A DNA stretch of 64,000 bases from Rhodospirillaceae bacterium (GCA_016794165.1 JAEUKV010000043.1:26-64025); one strand, 5' to 3'; shown: positions 37,811 through 49,592, counted from the stretch's first letter. Notes: generated from the letters alone by a model not told the origin. A program made the numbers and translations.

Positions 37811-38785
37811 TCAGCGTCGCGGTGCGCGCGGCCAGTTGTTGGGCGGCGTTTCGCCGTGTTCCGGCAAGCGCATCGTCAAGATCGCGCCGAATGCCGTCGG
37901 AAGAATCGCCATTGCCATCATCCAGGCCCCCTCGATATCGCGACCAATCAACTGGACCAGACCGATCAGCAGGACGGCGCCACCCCCCAGCATCATCGCC
38001 CACCCGATCCAGCGCCAGAACCGCAGGGTACGATCATCGCCGCGATGCAGATCGATATCCGGGTGGGGCCGACGAAAGACCTCGATCAGTTCCGCCCGCG
38101 CCGACCACCAGGCCGCCGCCGCCGAAACGGCGAGCACCAGCACGAACAGGGTCAGCAACTGGATCTGCAAGAGCGATGGCGTACCCTGATGGGTGCTGCC
38201 CGCAACGTTGAGCGCCATCAGCGGGAAGTCATAGAGTCCGTGCGCCGCGATTGGCAGCATCAACGCCAGGATCACGGCCAGGGGGGCGGCGATCGCCTTT
38301 CGCCACCACCAGGCCAGAAATACGCCCATCACCATGCCATCAATCGTATGACCCGGCACCGCCATGGCGCCGCGCAGCAGGCTGGCGGAGAACCAGTCCG
38401 GGCCGGCACCGGTGACATAGAGAATGTTCTCGAGCAGCGCAAAACCGATTCCCACCAGCACCGATCCGCAAAACAGATCCCCGGCGGAATCACAGTCAGG
38501 ATGGCGGCGAATGTAGAACCAGACAATAAGGAATTTGGCGATCTCCTCGGGGATCGCGGCACCCATCCAGGCGCGGACGGCAGCACCGGCAATGCCATCC
38601 ACCGGCAGACCGAGCCGCGCCAGCAGGATCGAGAAGCCAAGTGCCAGCGGCGCGGAAATCATGCCGCCGATCAACGCCTTGGCTCCCAACGACAGGCCGA
38701 AGCGATGGCGGAAATGCGTGAGGAAGAACGCGGCCAGGAACAAGGGCGGCAGCACCGCCACCGCAAGGATGAACACTTGCACCAT
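37811..38785 (-). CDS. PrsW family intramembrane glutamic protease (copy 1, extra C-terminal TMs)
   Basis: PEEIAKF, GFALLENILY, PGH, HGLYD motifs. Confidence 0.88.
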   Translation of the reverse strand: MVQVFILAVAVLPPLFLAAFFLTHFRHRFGLSLGAKALIGGMISAPLALGFSILLARLGLPVDGIAGAAVRAWMGAAIPEEIAKFLIVWFYIRRHPDCDSAGDLFCGSVLVGIGFALLENILYVTGAGPDWFSASLLRGAMAVPGHTIDGMVMGVFLAWWWRKAIAAPLAVILALMLPIAAHGLYDFPLMALNVAGSTHQGTPSLLQIQLLTLFVLVLAVSAAAAWWSARAELIEVFRRPHPDIDLHRGDDRTLRFWRWIGWAMMLGGGAVLLIGLVQLIGRDIEGAWMMAMAILPTAFGAILTMRLPEHGETPPNNWPRAPRR

Positions 38786-38898
38786 GAGACCCCCGGCCCG
38801 TTGACCCGCGGGGTACCCTACCTTGCGAACCTCGTTGTCGCCAAGTCAGGGCGCCTGGTCGGGGCGCAAAGCCGGGGCACAAAGCCGGCGGGCGTATC

Positions 38899-39531
38899 TC
38901 AGCGGCCGATCAGGCGCTGGAACTCCCGCCGCGTCTCGGCATTTTCACGAAAGGCACCGAGCAGGGTGGAGGTGGTCATGGAAACGCCCGCCTTGTTGAC
39001 CCCGCGCGTCGTCATGCAATGATGCTCGGCCTCGATCACGACGCCGACGCCGATCGGATCCAGCACCTGCTGGATGGTGTTGGCGATCTGCGCCGTCATC
39101 TTCTCCTGGATCTGCAGGCGGCGGGCATAGGTTTCGACCACGCGGGCAAGCTTGCTGATGCCGACCACGCGCGCGCGCGGCAAGTAGCCCACATGGGCCC
39201 TGCCGATGATCGGCGCCAGGTGGTGTTCACAATGGCTGACAAAGGGAATGTCCTTCAGCAGCACCATCTCGTCATAGCCGTCGATCTCCTCGAATGTGCG
39301 CTGCAGGATGGCAACCGGATCGTCGAAATAGCCGGCGTAGAACTCGTCAAAAGAGCGTGCCACCCGTTCGGGCGTTCCCAGCAGGCCTTCGCGGTCCGGG
39401 TCGTCCCCGGCATAGGCGATCAGGGTGCGAATGGCGGCCTCAGCTTCGGCCTTTCCGGGACGTCGTGCCAGGGCGCTGACGCGCTCGCTGGACAAAGTTT
39501 CGGTCAGTGACAGGTGGCGGTGGGCGTGCAT
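38899..39531 (-). CDS. folE: GTP cyclohydrolase I
   Basis: [45 protein letters not shown]; start uncertain. Confidence 0.95.
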   Translation of the reverse strand: MHAHRHLSLTETLSSERVSALARRPGKAEAEAAIRTLIAYAGDDPDREGLLGTPERVARSFDEFYAGYFDDPVAILQRTFEEIDGYDEMVLLKDIPFVSHCEHHLAPIIGRAHVGYLPRARVVGISKLARVVETYARRLQIQEKMTAQIANTIQQVLDPIGVGVVIEAEHHCMTTRGVNKAGVSMTTSTLLGAFRENAETRREFQRLIGR

Positions 39532-39589
39532 GCTGGCGCTCCAAGACGGTTGCCAGCTGAATACGGCCGCGTCGGGCGGCCGGATCACC

Positions 39590-40390
39590 TCAACCTGCAA
39601 CTTCGGCCCGGGCGCGATCGGGGCGCAGACGCCGACGCATAATGATGACGCTCACGATCGCCGTCAGGACGACACAGGGGATGAGGATCGCCGCCAGCAG
39701 GAAATGGCTGGCGAGGGCCTCGACATCGATCTGATCGATCTTGCGCTGCGACTGGAAGAGGATCAGCACGGCGGCAATCAACCCCCAATTGACGGCGGCG
39801 TGCCCAATCACCGCCGCTGCGTAGCCGGCAAACGCCGCTGACCAGCGAAGCCGGCCTTCCACGGCGAAGCGGGTGAAGAACAGCCCCATCAAGCAACCGA
39901 GCGAGGCATGCAACAGGCTGGCAAGGATCGAGCGCGCCAGGGGCACGATCAGCGGATACTCGAACTTGGCACTGAACATCGTGGCGAGGTCGACATCGAG
40001 GCTGTAGGCGATGTTCTCGACCGCCGCGAAGCCCAGCCCGCACAGGATGGGCAGGCGAAAGGCCGTCGCCGGTTCGATATCGTTGTGGGACACCGAGTGG
40101 TGGCGCAACAGGAGGATGACCGTGACGACAGCAATCGCCTTGACCAGCTCCTCCGGGATTGCGGCCAGCCCCAGGCTGGCCGCCAGGGCATCGTCAAGGC
40201 CGGGATCGTGCGGCATGCGAATGACGCCGCCGAGATCGAAGGCAAGCAGGATCGGCAAGGGCGACAGGGCGCCCAACAGCAGCGCCAGGCCAACCACGCG
40301 CCACTTGATGCGGGCCGGCAACAGATGCTGTGTCGCCAGCACCCATAGCGCCGTGATGGTAACGACAATGGCAATGGCGGCGATGGTCAT
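39590..40390 (-). CDS. PrsW family intramembrane glutamic protease (copy 2)
   Basis: [27 protein letters not shown] motifs. Confidence 0.82.
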   Translation of the reverse strand: MTIAAIAIVVTITALWVLATQHLLPARIKWRVVGLALLLGALSPLPILLAFDLGGVIRMPHDPGLDDALAASLGLAAIPEELVKAIAVVTVILLLRHHSVSHNDIEPATAFRLPILCGLGFAAVENIAYSLDVDLATMFSAKFEYPLIVPLARSILASLLHASLGCLMGLFFTRFAVEGRLRWSAAFAGYAAAVIGHAAVNWGLIAAVLILFQSQRKIDQIDVEALASHFLLAAILIPCVVLTAIVSVIIMRRRLRPDRARAEVAG

Positions 40391-40417
40391 GATCGGCCAT
40401 TTACCGCTCTATTCACC

Positions 40418-43090
40418 TCAAGCCGCCTTGACCCGGCCGCGCAGCATTTCCTCGATGGCGGTTACCGCGTCGCCGGCGCGCGCCGCGTCGGGTCCACCCG
40501 CCTGCGCCATGTCCGGCCTGCCGCCGCCGCCCTGCCCGCCGATTGCCGCGCTCGCTGCCTTGACCAGATCGACCGCGCTGATATGTGCGACGAGGTCATC
40601 GGTGACACCGACCACAATCGACGCCTTGCCGTCGGCCGTCGCTACCAGGGCGACAACGCCGGAACCGAGCTTCTTCTTCAACTCGTCGGCCATGCCCTTG
40701 AGCTCTTTCGCCGGCACGCCGTCCAGGACCCGGCCAGAGAACTTGACGCCGGCCACCTCGACGATGTCGGCCGCATTGCCGCTGCCGCCGGTGGCGATGG
40801 CCTTGCGCGCCTCGGCCAGTTCCCGCTCCAGCTTCTTGCGCTCCTCAAGCAGGCCGGTTATGCGCGTCGGCAGTTCCTGCGGCAACGCCTTGATCGCAGC
40901 CGCCGCCTCGGCCAGCTGCTTCTGCTGCTCGGCCACATAGGATTCCGCTGCTGCGCCGGTCACCGCCTCGATCCGGCGCAGGCCCGCACCGACCGCGCCT
41001 TCCGACACGACCTTGAGGAACCCGATATCGCCGGTGCGCTGGACATGGGTCCCGCCGCAGAGTTCCGTCGAGAACTCGCGGGGCTCCACTTCCTCGCGCC
41101 CGCCCATGGAGACGACCCGCACTTCCTCGCCATATTTCTCGCCGAACAGCGCCATGGCACCCGCCTTGATCGCATCGTCCGGCGTCATCAGCTTGGTGGC
41201 CACATCGGCATTGGCGCGGATGCGCTTGTTCACTTCATGCTCGACCCAGGCGATATCCTCCGACGTCATGCCTCTGGTGTGGGAGAAGTCGAAGCGCAGG
41301 CGATCGGGCGCCACCAGCGAGCCCTTTTGCGTCACATGATTGCCGAGGCGCCGGCGCAGCGCCTCGTGCAGCAGATGCGTCGCCGAATGATGCGCGCGCA
41401 GGCCCGAGCGACGCCCATGATCGACGATCATCTCCATGGCATCGCCGGCCTTGAGGCTGCCCTTGACCACCTTGCCGAGATGGACGTGGAGATCGCCGAG
41501 CTTCTTCTGCGTATCGCCGATTTCGACCACGGCACCGCCGGCGGTCGTCAGTCGGCCGGCATCGCCCATCTGGCCGCCGGATTCGCCGTAGAACGGTGTC
41601 TGGTTGGCAATGATGGCGACCTCGTCGCCGGCCTTCGCCTCCGGGACTTCCTGGCCGCCCCTCACGATGGCAAGGACCTGCCCTTCGGCCTTTTCCGTGG
41701 AATAGCCGAGGAAGTCGGTGGCGCCGAGGCGCTGGCGGATTTCGAACCAGATCTTTTCCGTGGCCGCTTCGCCGGAACCGGACCATGCGGCGCGGCTGCG
41801 CTCGCGCTGCTTCTCCAACTCGACATTGAAGCCCGCGACATCGACCTCGATGCCCTTGTCCCGCAGGATCGACTGGGTGAGATCGAGCGGGAAGCCGCGG
41901 CTGTCGGATAGAGCGAAGGCGACGCTGCCCGAGAGCTTGCCGTCGGCGGTGAGACCGCTCTTCGTCGCGATCGCCCCCTCGAGTTCCTTGAGGCCGGTTT
42001 CCAGCGTCTGCTTGAAGCGCGATTCCTCGAGCTTCAGCGTTTCGGTGATGGCGGCTTCGGCCCGGCCCAGTTCCGGATAGGCAAGTCCCATTTCGGCCAC
42101 CAGAGTCGGCACCAATTGCCACATCAGCGGCTCCTTGCAGCCCAACAAATGCGCGTGGCGCATGGCACGGCGCATGATGCGGCGGAGCACGTAGCCGCGG
42201 CCGTCATTGGACGGCATGACACCGTCCGCCACCAGGAAAGCGCTGGACCGCAGATGGTCGGCGATGACCCGGTGGCTGACATTGAGCGGGCCGTCGGGAT
42301 CAGTGTTGGAGGCGTGGGCGGACGCCTCGATCAGGTTGCGCATCAGATCGATGTCGTAGTTGTCGTGCTTGCCCTGCAGCACGGCAGCGAGGCGTTCCAG
42401 CCCCATGCCGGTATCGATCGAGGGACGCGGCAGGTTCACGCGCTCGTCCTTCGAGATCTGTTCGTATTGCATGAACACGAGATTCCAGATTTCGATGAAA
42501 CGATCGCCATCGGCATCGGCCGAGCCCGGCGGCCCACCGGGGATGCCCTCGCCATGGTCGTAGAAGATCTCCGAGCAGGGACCACAGGGGCCGGTATCGC
42601 CCATGGCCCAGAAATTGTCCGAGGTCGGGATGCGGATAATCCTTGAATCGGGGAGGCCGGCGATCTTTTTCCACAGGCCATGCGCCTCGTCGTCGTCGAC
42701 ATAGACGGTGACGGTCAGCTTGTCCTTGGGCAGGCCGTATTCCCGGGTGATCAAATTCCACGCCAGTTCGATCGCCCGATCCTTGAAATAGTCGCCGAAG
42801 CTGAAATTCCCCAGCATCTCGAAGAAGGTATGATGCCGGGCGGTATAGCCGACATTCTCGAGGTCGTTGTGCTTGCCGCCGGCGCGGACGCATTTCTGGG
42901 CGGTCGAGGCGCGGGCGTAATCGCGCTTTTCCTGGCCCGTGAAGACGTTCTTGAACTGGACCATGCCCGAATTCACGAACATCAAGGTAGGGTCATTGCG
43001 CGGCACGAGCGGCGACGAGGGGACGATTTCGTGCCCCTCCTTGCGGAAGTAATCGAGGAAAACGCGGCGGATATCGTTGGCGGTCTGCAT
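40418..43090 (-). CDS. alaS: Alanine--tRNA ligase
   Basis: [59 protein letters not shown]. Confidence 0.98.
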   Translation of the reverse strand: MQTANDIRRVFLDYFRKEGHEIVPSSPLVPRNDPTLMFVNSGMVQFKNVFTGQEKRDYARASTAQKCVRAGGKHNDLENVGYTARHHTFFEMLGNFSFGDYFKDRAIELAWNLITREYGLPKDKLTVTVYVDDDEAHGLWKKIAGLPDSRIIRIPTSDNFWAMGDTGPCGPCSEIFYDHGEGIPGGPPGSADADGDRFIEIWNLVFMQYEQISKDERVNLPRPSIDTGMGLERLAAVLQGKHDNYDIDLMRNLIEASAHASNTDPDGPLNVSHRVIADHLRSSAFLVADGVMPSNDGRGYVLRRIMRRAMRHAHLLGCKEPLMWQLVPTLVAEMGLAYPELGRAEAAITETLKLEESRFKQTLETGLKELEGAIATKSGLTADGKLSGSVAFALSDSRGFPLDLTQSILRDKGIEVDVAGFNVELEKQRERSRAAWSGSGEAATEKIWFEIRQRLGATDFLGYSTEKAEGQVLAIVRGGQEVPEAKAGDEVAIIANQTPFYGESGGQMGDAGRLTTAGGAVVEIGDTQKKLGDLHVHLGKVVKGSLKAGDAMEMIVDHGRRSGLRAHHSATHLLHEALRRRLGNHVTQKGSLVAPDRLRFDFSHTRGMTSEDIAWVEHEVNKRIRANADVATKLMTPDDAIKAGAMALFGEKYGEEVRVVSMGGREEVEPREFSTELCGGTHVQRTGDIGFLKVVSEGAVGAGLRRIEAVTGAAAESYVAEQQKQLAEAAAAIKALPQELPTRITGLLEERKKLERELAEARKAIATGGSGNAADIVEVAGVKFSGRVLDGVPAKELKGMADELKKKLGSGVVALVATADGKASIVVGVTDDLVAHISAVDLVKAASAAIGGQGGGGRPDMAQAGGPDAARAGDAVTAIEEMLRGRVKAA

Positions 43091-43311
43091 CGTCTGGGTC
43101 CAAAAACACGAGGCCGGGGCGAAACCAATCCGCCCATGTTGCGGCGCGAAGAGCAATTATTTAGAATTTTTCTAGGCAAAACAAGGCATTTGAGGCGGCG
43201 CGCTGGCGGCTCAGCCCCGATTTTGGCGCATACCGCGGCGCTTCAGCACACGGCCAAACCCCTTCAAGAAATGAGGAGGAAAAGCGGTCCCATCCCCCTT
43301 ATATTTCTTTC

Positions 43312-44352
43312 ATGAGCAATTCGCCCCTCACCGCCCAGCCAAAAGCGGGCGGCACCCCGATGATCGACCCCTTCGGTCGCCATATCTCCTATCTGCGGGT
43401 CTCGGTGACCGATCGCTGCGATTTCCGGTGTGTCTACTGCATGGCCGAGGACATGACCTTTCTGCCCAAGGCCGAGATTCTCAGCCTGGAGGAGCTTGAC
43501 CGGCTGTGCAGCGCCTTTGTGACCCTGGGGGTAAAGAAACTGCGCCTGACCGGCGGCGAACCCCTGGTCCGCAAGGGTATCATGCAGCTGATCGGCAACC
43601 TCTCGCGGCACCTGGAAACCGGTGCGCTGGAGGAACTGACCCTCACCACCAATGGCAGTCAGCTCGGCAAGTATGCCCGGGACCTCGCCGCCCATGGCGT
43701 GAAGCGGATCAATGTCTCGATCGACTCCCTCGACCCCGAGAAGTTCACCCGCATCACTCGCTGGGGCAAGCTGGGGCCGGTCCTGGACGGCATCGAGGCG
43801 GCCAAGGCCGCCGGCATCCGGGTCAAGCTGAACACGGTCGCCCTGAAGGGGGTCAATGACGACGAGTTCCATCGCCTGGTCGAATGGTGCGGCGAAGAGG
43901 GCCACGACCTCACCTTCATCGAGGTGATGCCGATGGGCGATATCGGCGGCGAGAACCGGGTCGATCAGTTCTATCCGATCTCGCTCCTGCGCGCGCATCT
44001 CGCCCAGCGCTGGACGCTGGTCGAAAACGACCACCGCAGCGGCGGGCCGGCACGTTATGTGACCCTGGCCGAGACCGGCCAGCGCGTCGGCTTCATCACG
44101 CCGCTCACCCACAATTTCTGTGAATCCTGCAATCGCGTGCGACTGACCTGCACGGGCACGCTCTACATGTGCCTCGGCCAGGATGATGCCGCGGATCTCC
44201 GCGCCCCGCTGCGGCAGAGCGAATCCGACGAACTCCTGGTGGCCGCGATCCGCGAGGCGATTGCACGCAAGCCCAAGGGCCACGATTTCATCATCGACCG
44301 GCGCCACAGCGGTCCCGCGGTCGAGCGGCACATGAGTGTGACCGGCGGGTAA
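43312..44352 (+). CDS. moaA: GTP 3',8-cyclase (radical SAM)
   Basis: [17 protein letters not shown]-terminal [14 protein letters not shown], terminal GG. Confidence 0.96.
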   Translation: MSNSPLTAQPKAGGTPMIDPFGRHISYLRVSVTDRCDFRCVYCMAEDMTFLPKAEILSLEELDRLCSAFVTLGVKKLRLTGGEPLVRKGIMQLIGNLSRHLETGALEELTLTTNGSQLGKYARDLAAHGVKRINVSIDSLDPEKFTRITRWGKLGPVLDGIEAAKAAGIRVKLNTVALKGVNDDEFHRLVEWCGEEGHDLTFIEVMPMGDIGGENRVDQFYPISLLRAHLAQRWTLVENDHRSGGPARYVTLAETGQRVGFITPLTHNFCESCNRVRLTCTGTLYMCLGQDDAADLRAPLRQSESDELLVAAIREAIARKPKGHDFIIDRRHSGPAVERHMSVTGG

Positions 44353-44388
44353 GCCTCGCCGGTCCTCTGTCCCCGGCGGGAGAAGCCT

Positions 44389-44925
44389 CTAATTGATGAC
44401 GACCTGGTGAGCGAAGCTCTTGCCGTCCGAGATGGTGACCTGGGTGAAGCCGAGCAGCTTCAGCAGATCGAAGAACGTGGCTTCCTCGGGCTGCGTGTTC
44501 TTCTGAAAGAACGGCGTCGAGCGCGCCACCAGCGTCATGCTGGCGAAAAGCGCGCGCGCCCGATAGATCGTATCGAGCGCGCCATCGTGCAGACCGATGA
44601 TGACCAGTTTCTGCGACTCGTCGCCCTTGGCGAAAATGGCGTAGTCGGGCGCGTATTGCGCGGCCAACTGCTGCCGGGCCATGCCGATGACGAAACCCTG
44701 GCGCCGAATCTCGTCGCTGTCGGGCAGGGTGACGACTCGCGCCTGATAATGCTCGACTGTTTGCGGCGCCGGGTAATAATAACCTTCGTGGTGATCGCCG
44801 ATTTCCTCGTCTTCGAACTGCTCAAGGGCGATGGTTTCCTGGGCCCGAGATTGGGTCACGCCCATACCGGCCCCCGCCACCAGAGCCACCGCCAACCCGT
44901 AAACCGCCCACTGCAAACGCCGCAT
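44389..44925 (-). CDS. Hypothetical exported protein
   Basis: Signal-peptide-like N-terminus, GGGGGA RBS, 178 aa; no function recognised. Confidence 0.7.
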   Translation of the reverse strand: MRRLQWAVYGLAVALVAGAGMGVTQSRAQETIALEQFEDEEIGDHHEGYYYPAPQTVEHYQARVVTLPDSDEIRRQGFVIGMARQQLAAQYAPDYAIFAKGDESQKLVIIGLHDGALDTIYRARALFASMTLVARSTPFFQKNTQPEEATFFDLLKLLGFTQVTISDGKSFAHQVVIN

Positions 44926-44992
44926 CAGATCCCCCTGCGCCCGGCTTCCAGCCCCCTGTCAGACGTGCCTAGACTGCTTGGCGGAACGTGCT

Positions 44993-45021
44993 TTGGCAAG
45001 CGGCCTTGCAGTGGCTATACT
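44993..45021 (+). promoter_or_regulatory. Sigma70-like promoter for NAD kinase
   Basis: TTGGCA-N17-TATACT. Confidence 0.5.
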
Positions 45022-45116
45022 GCCGGCCGTCCGGGGAGAAGAGACCAGTGAGCATGGATCTGCGAGAACAGAGCTGGCGCAGCCAAACCGGACAGGGAGA
45101 TTCCGGCACCTTGAGC

Positions 45117-45878
45117 ATGCCCAGTATCGCCTTCGTGGCGGCCGAATCACCGGATGCCCAGGCGGCTTTGGCCGACCTCACGGCGCGCTACGGCAGGGGT
45201 GATCCCCAGAACGCCGAGATCATCGTCGTGCTGGGCGGCGACGGCACCATGCTGCGCGCCCTCCATGACACCATGAATCGCCCGGTCCGCATCTTCGGCA
45301 TGAATTGCGGGACCGTGGGCTTTCTGATGAACCGCTACGATCCGGCCAGCCTGCCGGAACGGCTGGCGCGGGCCCAGACCGTCGTGCTGCATCCCCTGCA
45401 GCTGACCGCGCGCACCAGCGACGGCAGCGAACATCGCCTGGTCGCCATCAACGAGGTTTCGCTGCTGCGCGAAACAGCGCAGGCCGCCAAGATCACGGTC
45501 GAAATCGACGGACGCGAGCGCATGAACGAGCTGGTCTGCGATGGCGTCATCGTGGCGACTCCGGCCGGCAGCACGGCCTACAACCTCTCCGCCCACGGAC
45601 CGATCCTGCCGCTGGCCGCCGGCGTCCTTGCCCTCACCCCGATCAGTGCCTTCCGGCCGCGGCGCTGGCGCGGCGCCATCCTGCCGGAACGCGCGAAGCT
45701 GCGTTTTGTCATTCGCGAACCCGACCGCCGCCCGGTAAGCGCCACCGCCGATTTCAATGAGGTGCGCGAGGTGACCGAAGTGACCGTGCGCCAGGACCAG
45801 AGCATTGCGCTCAACCTGCTGTTCGATCCCGAACACCACCTCGAAGAGCGCATCCTGCAGGAACAGTTCCAGGCCTAG
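45117..45878 (+). CDS. nadK: NAD kinase
   Basis: [36 protein letters not shown]; start 45054 or 45117. Confidence 0.95.
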   Translation: MPSIAFVAAESPDAQAALADLTARYGRGDPQNAEIIVVLGGDGTMLRALHDTMNRPVRIFGMNCGTVGFLMNRYDPASLPERLARAQTVVLHPLQLTARTSDGSEHRLVAINEVSLLRETAQAAKITVEIDGRERMNELVCDGVIVATPAGSTAYNLSAHGPILPLAAGVLALTPISAFRPRRWRGAILPERAKLRFVIREPDRRPVSATADFNEVREVTEVTVRQDQSIALNLLFDPEHHLEERILQEQFQA

Positions 45879-46744
45879 CGCCGCACCTGCCCGGCGGCGA
45901 AGGCGCAGATATCGGCGATCAGCCGGTCGATATTGGCTTTCAATTCGGCAAAGCCGGCATGTTTCTCGATGCGGTCCTCGTCCATGTAGAGGCCGCGGTT
46001 GACCTCGATCTGCAGGGAATGGCGCCCCAGCAGCGGTCGGCCGAAACGCTCGACCAGTTCGGCCCCCTTGAACGGATGGTTGAGCCGCACCGAATATCCC
46101 ATGTTGCGCAGGCGCGCCGCCACGAACTCGGTAAAGGCCGGGTCGCAGCTCGCGCCTTCCCGGTCGCCCAGCACGAAATCGTCGCGCGGCACGCTTTTTC
46201 CATGGTGCCGGCCGGTGGTCCGCATGGAGTGGCAGTTGACGTGCCAGACGGCGCCGAACCGGCCAACGCGGGCGTCCAGCATCGACTCAAGCTCGACGTA
46301 ATAGGGCCGATGATAGCCGTCGATCCGCGCCATGATCTCGGCGACGCTCAGCGAGCGGCCATAGATCTCGACCCGTCCCTTGATCAGGCGACGCACCAGA
46401 CCCAGCCCCATCTCGGCCTTTTCGCTGGTGCGCACGGGACGCGGCCAGGGTTCCGCCAGCATGTCGATGTCGATTTCGTCCTCGTGCCTGTTGGGGTCGA
46501 TATAGGCGCGCGGGAACAGCGCCTTGAGAAATCCGGCCCCGGCCTCGGGTGCCGCCTCATAGAGATCGTCGACGAAGGCATCCTCTGCCCGGCGCAGCAT
46601 ATCCCGCGGCACGGTATGGTCGAAATCGTCGGGATAGGCATACCCGCTATGGGGTGAATCGAACACCACCGGGGCCGGTTCGGTCTCCGGCCCGGGCTCG
46701 TAGCGCACGAGGATTCCGGGGATATGGGTGCTCTGCCGCGTCAC
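45875..46744 (-). CDS. N-formylglutamate amidohydrolase family protein
   Basis: [46 protein letters not shown]. Confidence 0.88.
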   Translation of the reverse strand: MTRQSTHIPGILVRYEPGPETEPAPVVFDSPHSGYAYPDDFDHTVPRDMLRRAEDAFVDDLYEAAPEAGAGFLKALFPRAYIDPNRHEDEIDIDMLAEPWPRPVRTSEKAEMGLGLVRRLIKGRVEIYGRSLSVAEIMARIDGYHRPYYVELESMLDARVGRFGAVWHVNCHSMRTTGRHHGKSVPRDDFVLGDREGASCDPAFTEFVAARLRNMGYSVRLNHPFKGAELVERFGRPLLGRHSLQIEVNRGLYMDEDRIEKHAGFAELKANIDRLIADICAFAAGQVRR

Positions 46745-46787
46745 GTCGAACCCGTCCTGCCTCGCCAGCCCGCTGCCTGTCCGTTGC

Positions 46788-46815
46788 TTGCCATTGTCGG
46801 TTACCCCGGTATGCT
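46788..46815 (+). promoter_or_regulatory. Sigma70-like promoter for argE
   Basis: TTGCCA-N16-TATGCT upstream of the TAGGAG RBS. Confidence 0.45.
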
Positions 46816-46848
46816 CTCAGCCTGCGTCCGTCAATAGGAGTTCCCATC

Positions 46849-48009
46849 TTGGCGCCCCGTCCAGACAGCCTTGCCATGATCCGCCGCCTGGTGGCCTTCG
46901 ACACCACCAGCCGCAACTCGAACCTCGACCTCATCGCCTTCGTCCAGGATTATCTCGACGGCTTCGGCATCAAGAGCCAGTTGATGAAGGACGAGACCGG
47001 CCAGAAGGCCAATCTCTACGCGACCATCGGCCCGGACGACCGCGCCGGCTATGCCCTCTCGGGACATACCGACGTGGTGCCGGTGGACGGCCAGGATTGG
47101 GCAAGCGACCCTTGGGATGTGAAGGAGGCGGACGGCCGGCTCTATGGGCGCGGCACCACCGACATGAAGGGCTTCGTCGGCGTTGTCCTCGCGGCCGTCC
47201 CCGAGCTCGCCAAACGACAGCTCACCACACCGGTGCATCTCCTCTTTTCCTATGACGAGGAAGTGGGCTGCCTCGGCGTGCGACGCGCCCTCGAGGTGAT
47301 CAAGGAGTTTCCGGTCAAGCCCAAGGGCTGCGTCATCGGCGAGCCCACCTCGATGAAGGTTGCCATCGCCCACAAGGGCAAGAAGAGCCTGCGCTGCCAT
47401 GTCCACGGCCTCGAATGCCATTCATCGCTCGCCCCCAAGGGCGTCAACGCGGTCGAATACGCCGCCGAAGTGATTGGCTATCTCAAGCGCATGGGGCGCC
47501 GTTTTGCCAAGGAAGGACCGTTCGATCCCGATTACGACGTGGCGCATACGACCGTGCATACCGGCATCGTCAGGGGCGGTACCGCCCTCAACATCGTGCC
47601 CAAGGATTGCAGCTTCGATTTCGAGTTTCGCTACCTGCCGGTGCAGAACCCCGATGACCTCGTCGCGGAGGTGAAGCGTTTTGCCGAGGAGCAGCTGGCC
47701 GCCGAAATGCGTGCCATCAGCGGCGAAACCGGATTCTCCTGGGAACCCATTTCGGCCTTTCCCGGCCTCGATACCGCCGAGGACGCCGAAATCACCGTCA
47801 TCGCCAAGGCACTCACCCAGGCCAACGACACGATCAAGATCGCCTTTGGCACCGAAGGCGGGCTCATTCAGGAAATCGACATCCCGACCGTGATCTGCGG
47901 CCCGGGATCGATCGAGCAGGCCCACAAGCCCAATGAATGGGTGGCGCTCGACCAGATCGCGCAATGCGAGGCGTTCCTGCAGCGCCTGACGGCGAAGGTT
48001 AGCGCCTAG
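46849..48009 (+). CDS. argE: Acetylornithine deacetylase (M20)
   Basis: LSGHTDVVP, GRGTTDMKG, SYDEEVG, IGEPT, HSS, EQAHKPNE; TTG start after TAGGAG. Confidence 0.9.
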   Translation: MAPRPDSLAMIRRLVAFDTTSRNSNLDLIAFVQDYLDGFGIKSQLMKDETGQKANLYATIGPDDRAGYALSGHTDVVPVDGQDWASDPWDVKEADGRLYGRGTTDMKGFVGVVLAAVPELAKRQLTTPVHLLFSYDEEVGCLGVRRALEVIKEFPVKPKGCVIGEPTSMKVAIAHKGKKSLRCHVHGLECHSSLAPKGVNAVEYAAEVIGYLKRMGRRFAKEGPFDPDYDVAHTTVHTGIVRGGTALNIVPKDCSFDFEFRYLPVQNPDDLVAEVKRFAEEQLAAEMRAISGETGFSWEPISAFPGLDTAEDAEITVIAKALTQANDTIKIAFGTEGGLIQEIDIPTVICGPGSIEQAHKPNEWVALDQIAQCEAFLQRLTAKVSA

Positions 48010-48024
48010 ATCCGGCGCGGCCCG

Positions 48025-48375
48025 TTAGAGACTATGCCGCTTGCGCCAATCGACCGGATAGAGCGCATAGCAGACGACCGCCTTCTCGCCCTCATAGGTG
48101 ATCGGCGTCCTTTCCGGCAGCCAGATGATGTCGCCGGGGCCGGCCTCGATCACCCCGCCCGGGTGCCGGAGGCGGAACCAGCCATCGAGCACGATGATCA
48201 TCTCGTCGTAGAGTACCGTCCACTCGATCGCGCAGCCGTCGAATTTGGCGATGCCGACGCCCATGGAATGCGACATGTCGGGACCGACCAGGCGGCTGAT
48301 CTCGGCCTTGCCCGGCGGTCCGCCATAGGGTTCGAAAATCATCTCGGATCGCTTGAAGTGCTTCACCTCGGACAT
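48025..48375 (-). CDS. EutQ-like cupin
   Basis: IEWTVLYDE..IVL.G, GPGDIIWLP, YALYP.DW; GGGAG RBS. Confidence 0.75.
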   Translation of the reverse strand: MSEVKHFKRSEMIFEPYGGPPGKAEISRLVGPDMSHSMGVGIAKFDGCAIEWTVLYDEMIIVLDGWFRLRHPGGVIEAGPGDIIWLPERTPITYEGEKAVVCYALYPVDWRKRHSL

Positions 48376-48391
48376 GGCAATTCTCCCTGTC

Positions 48392-49345
48392 TCAGGACGG
48401 TTGCGCGGCATTGAGCGCGGGATCGGATTTCCTGGCCTTCAGCAATTGCAGTTCCGACATCACCACGCCGGCGATAACCAGGACGCCGCCCATCAGTTGC
48501 GGCCAGCTCGGCGCGGTGCCGGCCAAGGCGAAGATGCCGATCGCCACCACCGGCACCAGGTTGAGATAGAGGCTGGCCACCACCACGCCGGTGCGCTTGA
48601 CGCCGAAATTCCACAGATAGACACCCAACGCTACCAGCACGATGGTCACCCAGGCCAGGATCAGCACGTCGTCGGCCGATGCCGGCAGCGCTGGCGGAAA
48701 CGGCGCCGCGCCTGCCACGCCGGCGACAAGATAGATCACTGCCAGGGCCACGCCGCCGGTTGTCATGGTGCTGGTGGTGATGCGCAGTTGCGACCAGCCG
48801 CGGCACCAGCGCTGCGCCGCGGTCGAGTACCAGGACCAGCAGGCGAAGGCCAGCACGATCAGGAGTTCGCCGCCGCGAAAGTCGAAACCGCGACCCGCCT
48901 CGTTCAAGCGCACCGTGGCGATGGCGCAGCCGAGGATGGCGAGCACGATGGCCGGCAGCATGCGTCGGTTGATCGGGATGCCGAAGATGACCCGATCGAC
49001 GATCGCCGCCACCGCCGGCGAAGTCGCACTGAGGATCGCCGCCGTCACCGGATGGCAGAAATGGATGCCCACGGTAAAGAGTGCCGAATAGCAGCCGATG
49101 CCAATCACGCCGAGGAGCCAAATGCGCGGGCCGCTTACCGGTCCCGAGCCATCGGCCAGGACAACCGGCCGGCGCCTTTCCAGCAGCAGGAGAGTTGTCC
49201 ACATCAGCGGAACGGCACCAATGTAGCGGATGGCGGCCAGAAAATAGGGATCCCAGGTCCCCAAAAGATGTGCCACGGCCGGCACCATGGTGCCCCAGAG
49301 CAGTGCCAGAAGCAGGAGGCCGAAATAGCCGATCCATTGAGTCAT
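48392..49345 (-). CDS. DMT/EamA transporter (paralog A)
   Basis: About 10 TM; LALLWG, WDPYFLAAIR, YLNLVP. Confidence 0.88.
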   Translation of the reverse strand: MTQWIGYFGLLLLALLWGTMVPAVAHLLGTWDPYFLAAIRYIGAVPLMWTTLLLLERRRPVVLADGSGPVSGPRIWLLGVIGIGCYSALFTVGIHFCHPVTAAILSATSPAVAAIVDRVIFGIPINRRMLPAIVLAILGCAIATVRLNEAGRGFDFRGGELLIVLAFACWSWYSTAAQRWCRGWSQLRITTSTMTTGGVALAVIYLVAGVAGAAPFPPALPASADDVLILAWVTIVLVALGVYLWNFGVKRTGVVVASLYLNLVPVVAIGIFALAGTAPSWPQLMGGVLVIAGVVMSELQLLKARKSDPALNAAQPS

Positions 49346-49466
49346 GATCTTGAAGCAATCCTGGCGGAGAAAGAGGCTGCGGTGGCGCCAACTATGGCTC
49401 GACACTGTGCTAAAGCTTGCTTATCTTCGTCAAGGTCGCGGTCAATGACGACAGACTGCGACCTTA

Positions 49467-49592
49467 CGACCGGCTGGGGGAGAGCCCCGGCACTTCTGCA
49501 AGACCTGATACTTCGACCACCGGGGGAGATCCCTGGATCAGCCGACATCGCAACGACAGCTATCCCAGGCGACCATTGGGGAAGACCCCCAA
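49467..49592 (+). other. Three tandem hairpin repeats in the speB leader (candidate structured RNA or operator array)
   Basis: CGACC-(1-2 nt)-YYGGGG-RAGAN-CCCYRR at 49467, 49514 and 49570. Confidence 0.6.

Noticed and set aside
38861-38886. 13-bp direct duplication GGGGCRCAAAGCC between folE and prsW1
   Set aside because: Only two copies and no further structure; likely slippage
44994-45010. Sigma54 promoter TGGCA...TTGC upstream of nadK
   Set aside because: GG-to-GC spacing is 11 nt rather than the required 10; a sigma70 reading fits better
49467-49592. Guanidine-II (mini-ykkC) riboswitch or CsrA/RsmA sites
   Set aside because: Loops are RAGAN pentaloops, not ACGR tetraloops, and GGA is not centred in the loops; kept as an unassigned motif
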